In this document: positions 40,001 through 46,863 of the stretch, one piece after another
Numbering within the stretch: position 1 is the first letter of the stretch
Layout: each line of letters opens with the position of its first letter
Notes under the pieces: generated by a model
Told to the model about the DNA's origin: nothing
What the model saw: only the letters and a program-made list of their open reading frames with translations
Database searches by the model: none
Source: an uncultured Bacteroidales bacterium
GTDB taxonomy: Bacteria; Bacteroidota; Bacteroidia; Bacteroidales; CAYTAU01
Direction: 5' to 3'
Length of the DNA: 64,000 nt
Assembly: GCA_964435855.1 (NCBI GenBank)
Contig: CAYTAU010000004.1
Coordinates: 15,297-79,296 of the forward strand
Made by a program: the position numbers and the translations under genes

Positions 40001-40576
40001 GTTAATACTGATACGAAACTCAATTTGATAACAGTATATCCACAGCCTATTGCAAAATTTATTGCAGACCCTGAAGTTGTAAGTATCATCAAACCGATGA
40101 TCAATTTTATTAATCATTCGTCATTAAATGATATAAATTTCTGGTTCTTTGGTGATGGAGATTCTTCTAGTGCAGAAAACCCTTGTCATATTTATCCAAC
40201 ATATCCAACAGGTACTTATAATGTTGAATTAATTGTATCAACTATTCACGGATGTAAAGATACTACATTCATAATAGTACAAGTTCAAAATGAATATACT
40301 TTTTATGCTCCTACAGCATTTTCACCTGATTTTGATGGAATAAATGATTATTTTATTGTTAAAGGAAATGGTATTGACAAAAGAAATTTTCATTTGATAA
40401 TTTACGACAGGTGGGGAGAAGTTATTTTTGAAACAAACGACATTGATGAAGGCTGGGATGGCAGAGTAAAAGGTGGTGATATTGGTAAAAATGCTACTTA
40501 TACATGGCTTGCTATTTATAAAGATCTTAGAAGTGTTGAACATCAAGAAGCCGGTGCTGTTACTATAATTCGATAA
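37073..40576 (+). CDS. large secreted adhesin-like protein: PKD domains, SprB-type repeats and a T9SS type-B (gliding-motility-associated) C-terminal domain
   Basis: Signal peptide (MKRLFLIILLFGLFFQNIYAQ from the second ATG at 37091). PKD-like FDFTNTGDTGG...W.F and NFGDIDNNN...H.Y. SprB-type repeats (C.G..DG...V.A.GG..PLTYS). Type-B CTD YTFYAPTAFSPDFDGINDYFIVKG...LIIYDRWGEVIFE...GWDGRVKGG...YTWLAIYKD. Confidence 0.9.
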   Translation: MKKNKTMKRLFLIILLFGLFFQNIYAQQPFCADAEPFCTGTVYNYPLATGTSSETGPDYGCLLTQPNPVWYFLQISVAGDINIHMESTPGSYDIDFICWGPFTTATGACTAGLTAGNTVDCSYSTASVEDCYIPNAQVGEFYMFLLTNYSNSTTDVEFSSGTSTGETDCSIVVPCTMTNITVNVGLCDPATNTYDITGTIVYIDPPATGSLIIEDDAGFSDSFLPTPNFFSPTNFSITGIPADGLTHTLYAYFTDDGCNYTITYTAPVSCTCVTPPGTITVSTPDCHDSPVTFTYVPGTVDPGATYAWNFGAGATPATANTVGPHVVTYSTPGTTPNISLTVTDPGVCAPDVINTSVTIPTEITVTNSSSTPEVCGALDGAISVTAAGGTGALSYNIGSGGQATGNFTNLPAGPYTITITDANGCTITELVTVGTSGTVTSGFTASADQCLTGNSFDFTNTGDTGGGITWTWSFPGGTPAFSANENPTGITWTIPGQYDVTQTTHLGGCNTTTTITIEVFAEPIPTLSSTNVTCNGACDGTASVDLVYTDYSWDNGANTQLITNLCDGQYCVTVTDVNGCTGTACVTIIQTSGITINSETASDVTCFGDNDGSVVVSATGGTPPLTYTDGTSSNQTGSFLGLGGGTYIVTITDGNGCTTTSSALVVIEPAAIVIDSQSSTDVSCYGYNDGSITVTASGGAGGLTYSIDGNQQSAGDFTNLSANIYTVTVTDINACTNTAGFTITEPAEIIISITSGQIVCNGQTANINVTIVGGNQPYTYHWSHDASINSSSIFVAPTTETVYSVYVMDANGCATSTVTSTVSVSPPVQLDLNTQNDSVCPGEPAVITITPSSGIGPPYLTYVNGNVQDSPFTVYPSEATTYIVTAMDACGSVATESITINVYELPPISFAPNISSGCQPLEVHFVETSPDEGQTFVWNFGDIDNNNLAYDKSPVHTYDDPGIYDVTLTVTSVDGCVNTDTKLNLITVYPQPIAKFIADPEVVSIIKPMINFINHSSLNDINFWFFGDGDSSSAENPCHIYPTYPTGTYNVELIVSTIHGCKDTTFIIVQVQNEYTFYAPTAFSPDFDGINDYFIVKGNGIDKRNFHLIIYDRWGEVIFETNDIDEGWDGRVKGGDIGKNATYTWLAIYKDLRSVEHQEAGAVTIIR

Positions 40577-40628
40577 TTGTTTTATTCAGATTTTTTGGTA
40601 TTAAGAAATTAGTGAATCTTGTATAAAT

Positions 40629-41768
40629 TTATACTTTTCCTACAAAGCGTTTAATACCTTGTATTCCTTTTTTAATCTCTTGCTCTTCTCGTGCAATGTT
40701 AAAACGAATATATCTTTTGCCTTTTTCAGAAAAATGTATGCCTGGTATTACGGCAACTTTTTCTTTTTCGTAAAGTTCAATTGCAAAATCAAATCCATCT
40801 GCAAACTTATGAGGGAGTTCTGACCAAATAAAATAACCCCCGTCTGTGTCAGGCACTCTAAATCCAAGATTTACAAGGGCTTCAGACATCAGCTTATAAG
40901 ATGTGTTAAGTTTTTTTCTTATTTCTTTCAAATAATTTTCGGCATAATTGTATTTATCAAGATATTGAGCTATTGCTTCCTGTAATAGTGAAGGAGCACA
41001 TAATCCAATATAATCGTGTATTTTTTGAATATTAGACATGTGTTTTTTGTGAGCAATCAAATATCCTACACGCCAGCCTGTTATTGAAAGCATTTTGCTA
41101 AAACTATTTACATAAAATAAATTTTCGTCAAGATTCTTAAGAGGAATAAATGGCTTTTCGTGATAATACAGATCTTTATAAACGGCATCAAATATTACAT
41201 AAACATTAATTTTTTTGGCAAGCTGTAGAATTTTTTTCTGTTCATCTTTTGTAAACACCTTACCATAAGGATTTCCCGGGGAACTAATAAAAATTATCTT
41301 AACATTATTTATTATTATTGCTCTACGTAAAAGTTCAAAATCAATTGTACCGTCATTATTTAGATGAAATGCAATAAAGTTATTATTGAAAATTTTCGGG
41401 AGATTATTATACGATTCGTACACAGGATTAATTGCTAAAACAGAATATTTTTTACCAATTTTATTATGCAAATATGTAAATACCAACGAAATTGCTTCTG
41501 TTGCACCTTGAAGAATTAAAAAATCATCTTTTTTGGCAGAATAATACTCTTTATAATGTTCTGTTAAAAGTTCCAGTAAAAGATTGTTACCTTTTCCCGG
41601 AGCGTATTGATGAATATCGGTATCAATAACTTCGTGAAGAATGTTCAGTAACTCTTGTGGTGGTTTATATCCGGGAATACCTTGTGCAAAATTAATTCCG
41701 CCATCTTGTTTTACCTTATTGCTAAAAAAACTTATAAGAGAGCCTTCAGGCATTTTATATTTTTCCAT
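40629..41768 (-). CDS. PLP-dependent aminotransferase, class I/II (YbdL/methionine-aminotransferase-like)
   Basis: INFAQGIPGYKPP, PGNPYGKVF and NSFSKMLSITGWRVGYL (PLP lysine). 379 aa. Confidence 0.85.
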   Translation of the reverse strand: MEKYKMPEGSLISFFSNKVKQDGGINFAQGIPGYKPPQELLNILHEVIDTDIHQYAPGKGNNLLLELLTEHYKEYYSAKKDDFLILQGATEAISLVFTYLHNKIGKKYSVLAINPVYESYNNLPKIFNNNFIAFHLNNDGTIDFELLRRAIIINNVKIIFISSPGNPYGKVFTKDEQKKILQLAKKINVYVIFDAVYKDLYYHEKPFIPLKNLDENLFYVNSFSKMLSITGWRVGYLIAHKKHMSNIQKIHDYIGLCAPSLLQEAIAQYLDKYNYAENYLKEIRKKLNTSYKLMSEALVNLGFRVPDTDGGYFIWSELPHKFADGFDFAIELYEKEKVAVIPGIHFSEKGKRYIRFNIAREEQEIKKGIQGIKRFVGKV

Positions 41769-41839
41769 AACAAAAATTTGGTTTATGAATTTTAAATATA
41801 AAATTTAAAATAATAAATGAAAAAGTAAAGATATAACTG

Positions 41840-42184
41840 TTAGTTAATAGGCTGTTCTTCCGATGGAGGTGGAGGAGGTGCCCAATTATTAGTAGGAGTT
41901 TCGTCGGGTATCGATATGGCTTTATCTTCTATTAATGATCTTTGTTCTATTTCTTCGTCTGTTCGTTGAATAGTTAAGCTTGCAAGTAATGAGAATGCCA
42001 ATAAAGCAATTGCCAGTGTCCATGTTGCTTTTTCAAGAAAATCGGTAGTTTTTCTGGCTCCTAACACCTGATTTGAAGAAGCAAAGTTTGAAGCTAATCC
42101 ACCACCTTTAGAGTTCTGAACCAACACAATTAATATTAATAAAATACACGTAATTAAAATTAAGACTGATAATAAATAATACAT
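41840..42184 (-). CDS. secG: preprotein translocase subunit SecG
   Basis: MYYLLSVLILITCILLILIVLVQNSKGGGLASNF is the SecG signature, and a second TM helix is present. 114 aa with a Pro-rich tail. Confidence 0.85.
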   Translation of the reverse strand: MYYLLSVLILITCILLILIVLVQNSKGGGLASNFASSNQVLGARKTTDFLEKATWTLAIALLAFSLLASLTIQRTDEEIEQRSLIEDKAISIPDETPTNNWAPPPPPSEEQPIN

Positions 42185-42192
42185 AGCTTGCT

Positions 42193-43524
42193 TTATTTGT
42201 TTTTAATTAATTCTTTAATCTTTTTAATTTGGTTTGCAAAGTAAATGTTTTTTTCAGGATATTTCAAAATTAATTTTTTATAAACACTAATTGCTTTGTC
42301 ATAAAATTTTTGTTTTATATAAATTCCTGCTAATGTTTCTGTAATAAATTCTTCATCATTATCATTTTCAGAGTCTGTAATGTCTTGCTGATACTTATAA
42401 TCAAGCTTATCTCTTAGTGGCTGTATACTTGGGTCAGAACTTATAAAACGATTAATTATATCAAGATCTTTTTCTTCTTTAAAAGTTTTAGTTTCATCTT
42501 TTTTAAATTTTGTGCTTTTTATTTGTTCCAACCATTCTGTAAATAAAAATTTGTTGGTATCAATATCATTTTTTGTTTCAGCAGTATCTAATTCAAAAAA
42601 ATTATTGATATGATAAGGCTTTGTAATTATTTGCTCTTCAATTTTCAAATCTTCTTCCTTAAACTCTTTTGTGTCTTTCTCAAAATCAAAATGCAGTAAT
42701 TCTTTCTTTTTTTCTTTTATTACTGATTTAGTAAGTGTTTTTTCAGGAATTTTATCTTCTTTTTTAGTTTCTTCAAGCTGAACTTTTTTCTTTTGTTTGC
42801 TTACAATTGGCTTTTTACTTGCTTTGTCTGTTGACGATGTCTTATTATTATATTTTTTTAATATGATATCTGCAATACTTTCTTTTTCAGTAGTGGGATA
42901 TTTTGTTGTTCTTGTTTTTTGTATTTCTGTAACTTTGTTTAATATTTCATCGGCAAGTGTTCTTTTTGTTTCATCTGTTTTTGGTTTTTCTGCAACAATT
43001 TTTTCCGTAGGTTTAGGTTCAACTTTTACTGCTTTCTCTATTTTTTCAGTTTCTGTTACCTTAATAACAGGTTTAATTTCGGGTTTACTTTCTTTTTTAG
43101 TTAGTGGGGGCGGGCTTACAGTTTCCTTTTCTTCTTTAATTGGAAGTTTTGGCTTTTCTTCAACAATTATTTTTTCAATTTTTTCTACAGGCAGGGGTTT
43201 TTCCTCTATTATTTCTTCCTTTTCTATTGTTGGTTTTTTACTTATTTGTTCGTTTTCTAAGAAAAAAGGATCGTTAAGTAATCGGTATAATATTTTTCTG
43301 TCGTTAACATAAGATGCTGTAATTTTTAGCTCTTCTTCAAATTTTATATTTTTTTGATTATGTAAGCTTTTAAGATATAGTATTCTTGCAGTTTGAAAAT
43401 ACGGATATTGCGATATCAGCTCATTTAAAAGAACAGAACTGTTAGAGTCAAGCTTATTAATATCTGACAGATATTTATTGAATTGTTCAATATTCATTAT
43501 ATTTTCAGAGCTGTTGTTTACCAT
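42193..43524 (-). CDS. hypothetical protein with a Lys/Glu/Pro-rich central region and a C-terminal TPR-like motif
   Basis: N-terminal YPYFQTARILYLKSLH, a low-complexity centre, and C-terminal AGIYIKQKFYDKAISVYKKLILKYPEKNIYF. It is packed between the lptE-like gene and secG. An alternative start lies at 43497. Confidence 0.65.
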   Translation of the reverse strand: MVNNSSENIMNIEQFNKYLSDINKLDSNSSVLLNELISQYPYFQTARILYLKSLHNQKNIKFEEELKITASYVNDRKILYRLLNDPFFLENEQISKKPTIEKEEIIEEKPLPVEKIEKIIVEEKPKLPIKEEKETVSPPPLTKKESKPEIKPVIKVTETEKIEKAVKVEPKPTEKIVAEKPKTDETKRTLADEILNKVTEIQKTRTTKYPTTEKESIADIILKKYNNKTSSTDKASKKPIVSKQKKKVQLEETKKEDKIPEKTLTKSVIKEKKKELLHFDFEKDTKEFKEEDLKIEEQIITKPYHINNFFELDTAETKNDIDTNKFLFTEWLEQIKSTKFKKDETKTFKEEKDLDIINRFISSDPSIQPLRDKLDYKYQQDITDSENDNDEEFITETLAGIYIKQKFYDKAISVYKKLILKYPEKNIYFANQIKKIKELIKNK

Positions 43525-44033
43525 TTAGCAACAGATTTATTGAATATATCTTCTGTTAATTTTTCAAGAATTTGAGGAATAAGAGTTCCTTCTACATCAT
43601 CTAAACTCTGACTACTGTCGTAATCTTCGAAAGCCGAAAAACTTGAATCAAAATCATTTTCGGGTTCAATAGCATTCGAAAATTTAACCCTTATATTTAC
43701 TGTTAACCTATTCATTGCAGCTGTTTCATTGCCCTGAATACTTGTAGGTCTTGTACTATATCCTGTAATTTCGCCTTCAAAATTCAGGTCGCCAACATCA
43801 TTTGTTAGTTCAAGGCTTGTTTGAGAAGTAAATTTATCTTTTAGAGCTTCAGTAAAATCCTGACTTAATGAAGGATTTACAAGGTCTGCCTTATTCTGAA
43901 AAAATTGTATGGAAATAGTTTTAATTTCAGGCGAAATAGCAGCTCCTGTAAATGAATATTTTATTGTACATCCGCAAAGTAGAACAAACAATGCTGATAT
44001 TAATAAAATTTTTGTATGTCCAATTATGTTCAA
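43518..44033 (-). CDS. LptE-like lipoprotein (tentative)
   Basis: Lipobox-like LLCGC followed by TIKYSFTGA. 171 aa. The position between a sigma54 activator and secG is one I recall for Bacteroidota LptE-family genes, but this was not verified. Confidence 0.55.
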   Translation of the reverse strand: MNIIGHTKILLISALFVLLCGCTIKYSFTGAAISPEIKTISIQFFQNKADLVNPSLSQDFTEALKDKFTSQTSLELTNDVGDLNFEGEITGYSTRPTSIQGNETAAMNRLTVNIRVKFSNAIEPENDFDSSFSAFEDYDSSQSLDDVEGTLIPQILEKLTEDIFNKSVAKW

Positions 44034-44067
44034 AATAAATACTTATTTGTGAATAATTCAGATTCAA

Positions 44068-45303
44068 CTAAATATCATATTCTTTAATTTTTCTGTAAAG
44101 CGTCCGTTCAGAAATCCCAAGTTCTTTTGCCGCCTTTTTTCTTTTATTATTGTACTTCTCTAATGCTTTTATTATTAATTCTTTTTCTTTCTTTTCGAGC
44201 GATAATGATTCTTCAACATATTCTTCGGTATCTTGTATATTTGAATTTTCTGATTCTTCAATTTTTATTTTTTCTTTGTCTTCTGTTTTTGTTTCAAATT
44301 CATAAGATTTTGATTCCTTATATAATTTATTTATAAGAACCTCTTTATTTTCCCCAATATTATATTTATCCGTTTCATCTTGAATTATATCATAAACCAT
44401 TTTTTTCAATTCATTTACGTCATTTTTCATGTCGAAAAGTATTTTATAAAGTATTTCTCTTTCCGAATTGAAAGTCTTTTCGTCAATACCCTTATTATAA
44501 AGCACTGGCAAATAAGATCCTTCATTTAAAGGTAAATATTTTTTTATTGTTTCTGCATTTATTTCTCTGGGTTTTTCTATAACGGATATTTGTTCAGTTA
44601 TATTTTTTAATTGCCGTATATTTCCTGACCAATTAAATTTTGTTAAAATTTGTTGAGCTTCCTCATCAAGTTTTAATACAGGCATGCGGTTTTTTTCGGC
44701 AAAATCCTGTGCAAATTTTCTAAAAAGTAAATAAATATCGTCTTTTCTATTTCGTAATGCAGGAATAAAAATTGGAACAGTATTTAATCTGTAAAACAGA
44801 TCTTCGCGAAATGTTCCATTACGAATTGCTTGCTGAATATCAACATTTGTAGCAGCAATAACTCTTACATTTGTTTTTTGTGTTTCAGAAGAACCAACCT
44901 TTAAAAATTCTCCCGATTCAAGAACTCTAAGTAATCTAACCTGAGTTGATAAAGGTAATTCTGCAACTTCATCAAGAAAAATAGTTCCGTTATTGGCAAC
45001 TTCAAAATATCCTTTTCTTTTGTCATGTGCTCCGGTAAATGAACCTTTTTCATGTCCGAAAAGTTCAGAATCGATTGTGCCTTCTGGAATTGCCCCACAG
45101 TTAACAGCAATGTATTTTCCATGTTTTCTTGAACCGAATTGATGAATCAACTGAGGGAATACTTCTTTTCCTGTACCACTTTCACCCGAAATAAAAACAG
45201 ACAAATCGGTAGGAGCAACTTGTATAGCTATATCTATTGCTCTGTTTAACTCACTTGAATTCCCAATAATTCCAAATCTTTGTTTTATTTGTTGTCTATC
45301 CAT
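44068..45303 (-). CDS. sigma-54-dependent transcriptional activator (AAA+ and Fis-type HTH, no receiver or sensor domain)
   Basis: ISGESGTGKEVF (Walker A), ELFGHEKGSFTGA (GAFTGA-type loop), TIFLDEV, RVIAATN, FREDLFYRL and a C-terminal AAKELGISERTLYRKIKEY. The AAA+ core begins within about 10 residues of the N-terminus. Confidence 0.9.
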   Translation of the reverse strand: MDRQQIKQRFGIIGNSSELNRAIDIAIQVAPTDLSVFISGESGTGKEVFPQLIHQFGSRKHGKYIAVNCGAIPEGTIDSELFGHEKGSFTGAHDKRKGYFEVANNGTIFLDEVAELPLSTQVRLLRVLESGEFLKVGSSETQKTNVRVIAATNVDIQQAIRNGTFREDLFYRLNTVPIFIPALRNRKDDIYLLFRKFAQDFAEKNRMPVLKLDEEAQQILTKFNWSGNIRQLKNITEQISVIEKPREINAETIKKYLPLNEGSYLPVLYNKGIDEKTFNSEREILYKILFDMKNDVNELKKMVYDIIQDETDKYNIGENKEVLINKLYKESKSYEFETKTEDKEKIKIEESENSNIQDTEEYVEESLSLEKKEKELIIKALEKYNNKRKKAAKELGISERTLYRKIKEYDI

Positions 45304-45411
45304 ACTTGCACAAAGTTCATCAAAAATAATTTATGCAAAAATATAAATTATTACTGACATTTTGTCAATATATTTTATATTTCCTTAAATATTATTGTTC
45401 TGTGTTTATTT

Positions 45412-45572
45412 TATATTTCGCTCTTACAGAGCTTAGAGTCGTGGTTATTAGTATGTTTTATAAATATTTAACTCATGACGGAATTTAAAAGAGTAGTACG
45501 TTTTAGGCGGACAAAATGTTTATAGCAAAATGTATTCATTAAAATCATGGCCCCGTTATGTGCGAAATATTT
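45412..45572. repeat. inverted pair of about 75-nt intergenic repeat units
   Basis: ATATTTCGC (45413-45421) is the inverse of GCGAAATAT (45562-45570). Each arm carries a ...TTT(T/G)(A/C)TATAAA(T/C)AT... core, and the arms read FYKYL.. and CYKHF.. when translated. Confidence 0.5.
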
Positions 45573-45798
45573 ATCAAAGTATTATCAATAGTGAGTTTTT
45601 ATAATACCGTAGTTGTTTTTAGTTTAACATTAATAATTTCTACTGTTTTATGCAAGGGAAAAACCACAAAACAGAGAAATCCGATTTTTCGGGATTAAAG
45701 AATTTTGAAAAAACCGTTTAGCTATTCGAACCCATTTAACGGATAAATATAAAAAAATCTAAAATAAAATTGGGAATTTCCTTTTTTTGTTACTTTTA

Positions 45799-45828
45799 GG
45801 CAACCTTTATCAAACATTTTGAGTCTAA
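45799..45828 (+). promoter_or_regulatory. candidate ECF-type promoter (GGCAACC-N16-AGTCTAA) within a conserved 17-mer
   Basis: TTTTAGGCAACCTTTAT (45794-45810) is identical to 36364-36380. GTCTAA sits at 45823-45828, 16 nt before the ATG at 45845. Confidence 0.4.
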
Positions 45829-45844
45829 TAAGAAACTAAAAGCC

Positions 45845-46771
45845 ATGAAAAAACTTATACTACTATCAGCATTACTATTATTAGTGCTATTTACAAATGC
45901 ACAAATAGTAAATATCCCAGATACTAATTTTAAAGCAGCATTAATAGCACATAACCCTGTTATTGATACCAACAGTGATGGAGAAATACAAGTTAGCGAA
46001 GCAAGTTCTTTTACAGGAATGATTTATATTAATAATCCAATTATTTCGGACCTTACAGGAATTGAGGCTTTTATTTCTCTTACTCAATTATATTGTAATT
46101 TTACTCAAATAATATCCTTAGATCTAAGCAATAATACTGCTCTTTCTGTTTTAAATTGTGAATTTAACCATTTAACTACATTAGATGTAAGCAATTGCAC
46201 GGCTCTCACTAATTTAGTTTGCTATGATAATCAAATAAGCTCTTTAGACTTAAGCAACTGTACGGTTCTTACTAATTTAGAATGTTGTGTTAATCAGTTA
46301 ACCACATTAGATGTAAGCAATAGTACGGCTTTTACTGCTTTACAGTGTTGTAATAATCAATTAACATCCTTAAATGTAAAAAATGGGAATAATACCAATT
46401 TCACTTATTTTCATGCTCCTGGCAATCCCAATCTATTTTGCATTGAGGTAGATAATGCTGTGTGGTCAACAGCTAACTGGACTGATATAGATACTGTAGC
46501 TTCATTTAGTGAAGATTGTTCTTTAAGTGTTCCAAATGAATTACAAATTGCAGAACTAAAGGTTTTTCCTAATCCAACAATAGGAAAAATAAGCGTGCAG
46601 GTAGAGGGAGTTGTAGGAATTGAGGTAATGGATATCACAGGGAAAAACCTTCAAGGTTTTGAAAACCTTGAAGGTTTGGATGTTGATTTAAGCCATCAGC
46701 CAAAAGGCATCTATATAATAAAAGTAACCACAAACAATGGCGTGGCGGTTGAGAAGGTTATTTTGGAGTAG
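45845..46771 (+). CDS. leucine-rich-repeat protein with T9SS C-terminal sorting domain
   Basis: Signal peptide MKKLILLSALLLLVLFTNAQ. About 22-aa LRR units (LDLSNNTALSVLNCEFNHLTTLDVSNCTALTNLVCYDNQISS...). C-terminal tail VFPNPTIGKISVQ...KGIYIIKVTTNNGVAVEKVILE. Confidence 0.85.
   Translation: MKKLILLSALLLLVLFTNAQIVNIPDTNFKAALIAHNPVIDTNSDGEIQVSEASSFTGMIYINNPIISDLTGIEAFISLTQLYCNFTQIISLDLSNNTALSVLNCEFNHLTTLDVSNCTALTNLVCYDNQISSLDLSNCTVLTNLECCVNQLTTLDVSNSTAFTALQCCNNQLTSLNVKNGNNTNFTYFHAPGNPNLFCIEVDNAVWSTANWTDIDTVASFSEDCSLSVPNELQIAELKVFPNPTIGKISVQVEGVVGIEVMDITGKNLQGFENLEGLDVDLSHQPKGIYIIKVTTNNGVAVEKVILE
46645..46677. repeat. perfect 33-nt palindrome inside the LRR-protein coding sequence
   Basis: AAACCTTCAAGGTTTT-G-AAAACCTTGAAGGTTT has 16-nt arms around a central G. 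Each arm is itself a 7+1+7 palindrome (AAACCTT/AAGGTTT). It encodes ..LQGFENLEGL.. in the sorting domain. Confidence 0.9.
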
Positions 46772-46782
46772 AATTTAAAGCC

Positions 46783-46823
46783 AAAAAAAAAGTGTCGGCG
46801 TGGCTTTAAGCCACACCGACACT
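46783..46823. terminator. bidirectional terminator between convergent genes
   Basis: A8 tract, then AGTGTCGGCGTGGC-tttaa-GCCACACCGACACT (14-bp stem, one mismatch). On the minus strand the stem is followed by T8, which serves the S8 protease gene. Confidence 0.75.
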
Positions 46824-46863
46824 ATACTGCGTTACCAAAGTAGTGAGGGTTTCACTTTATAAT

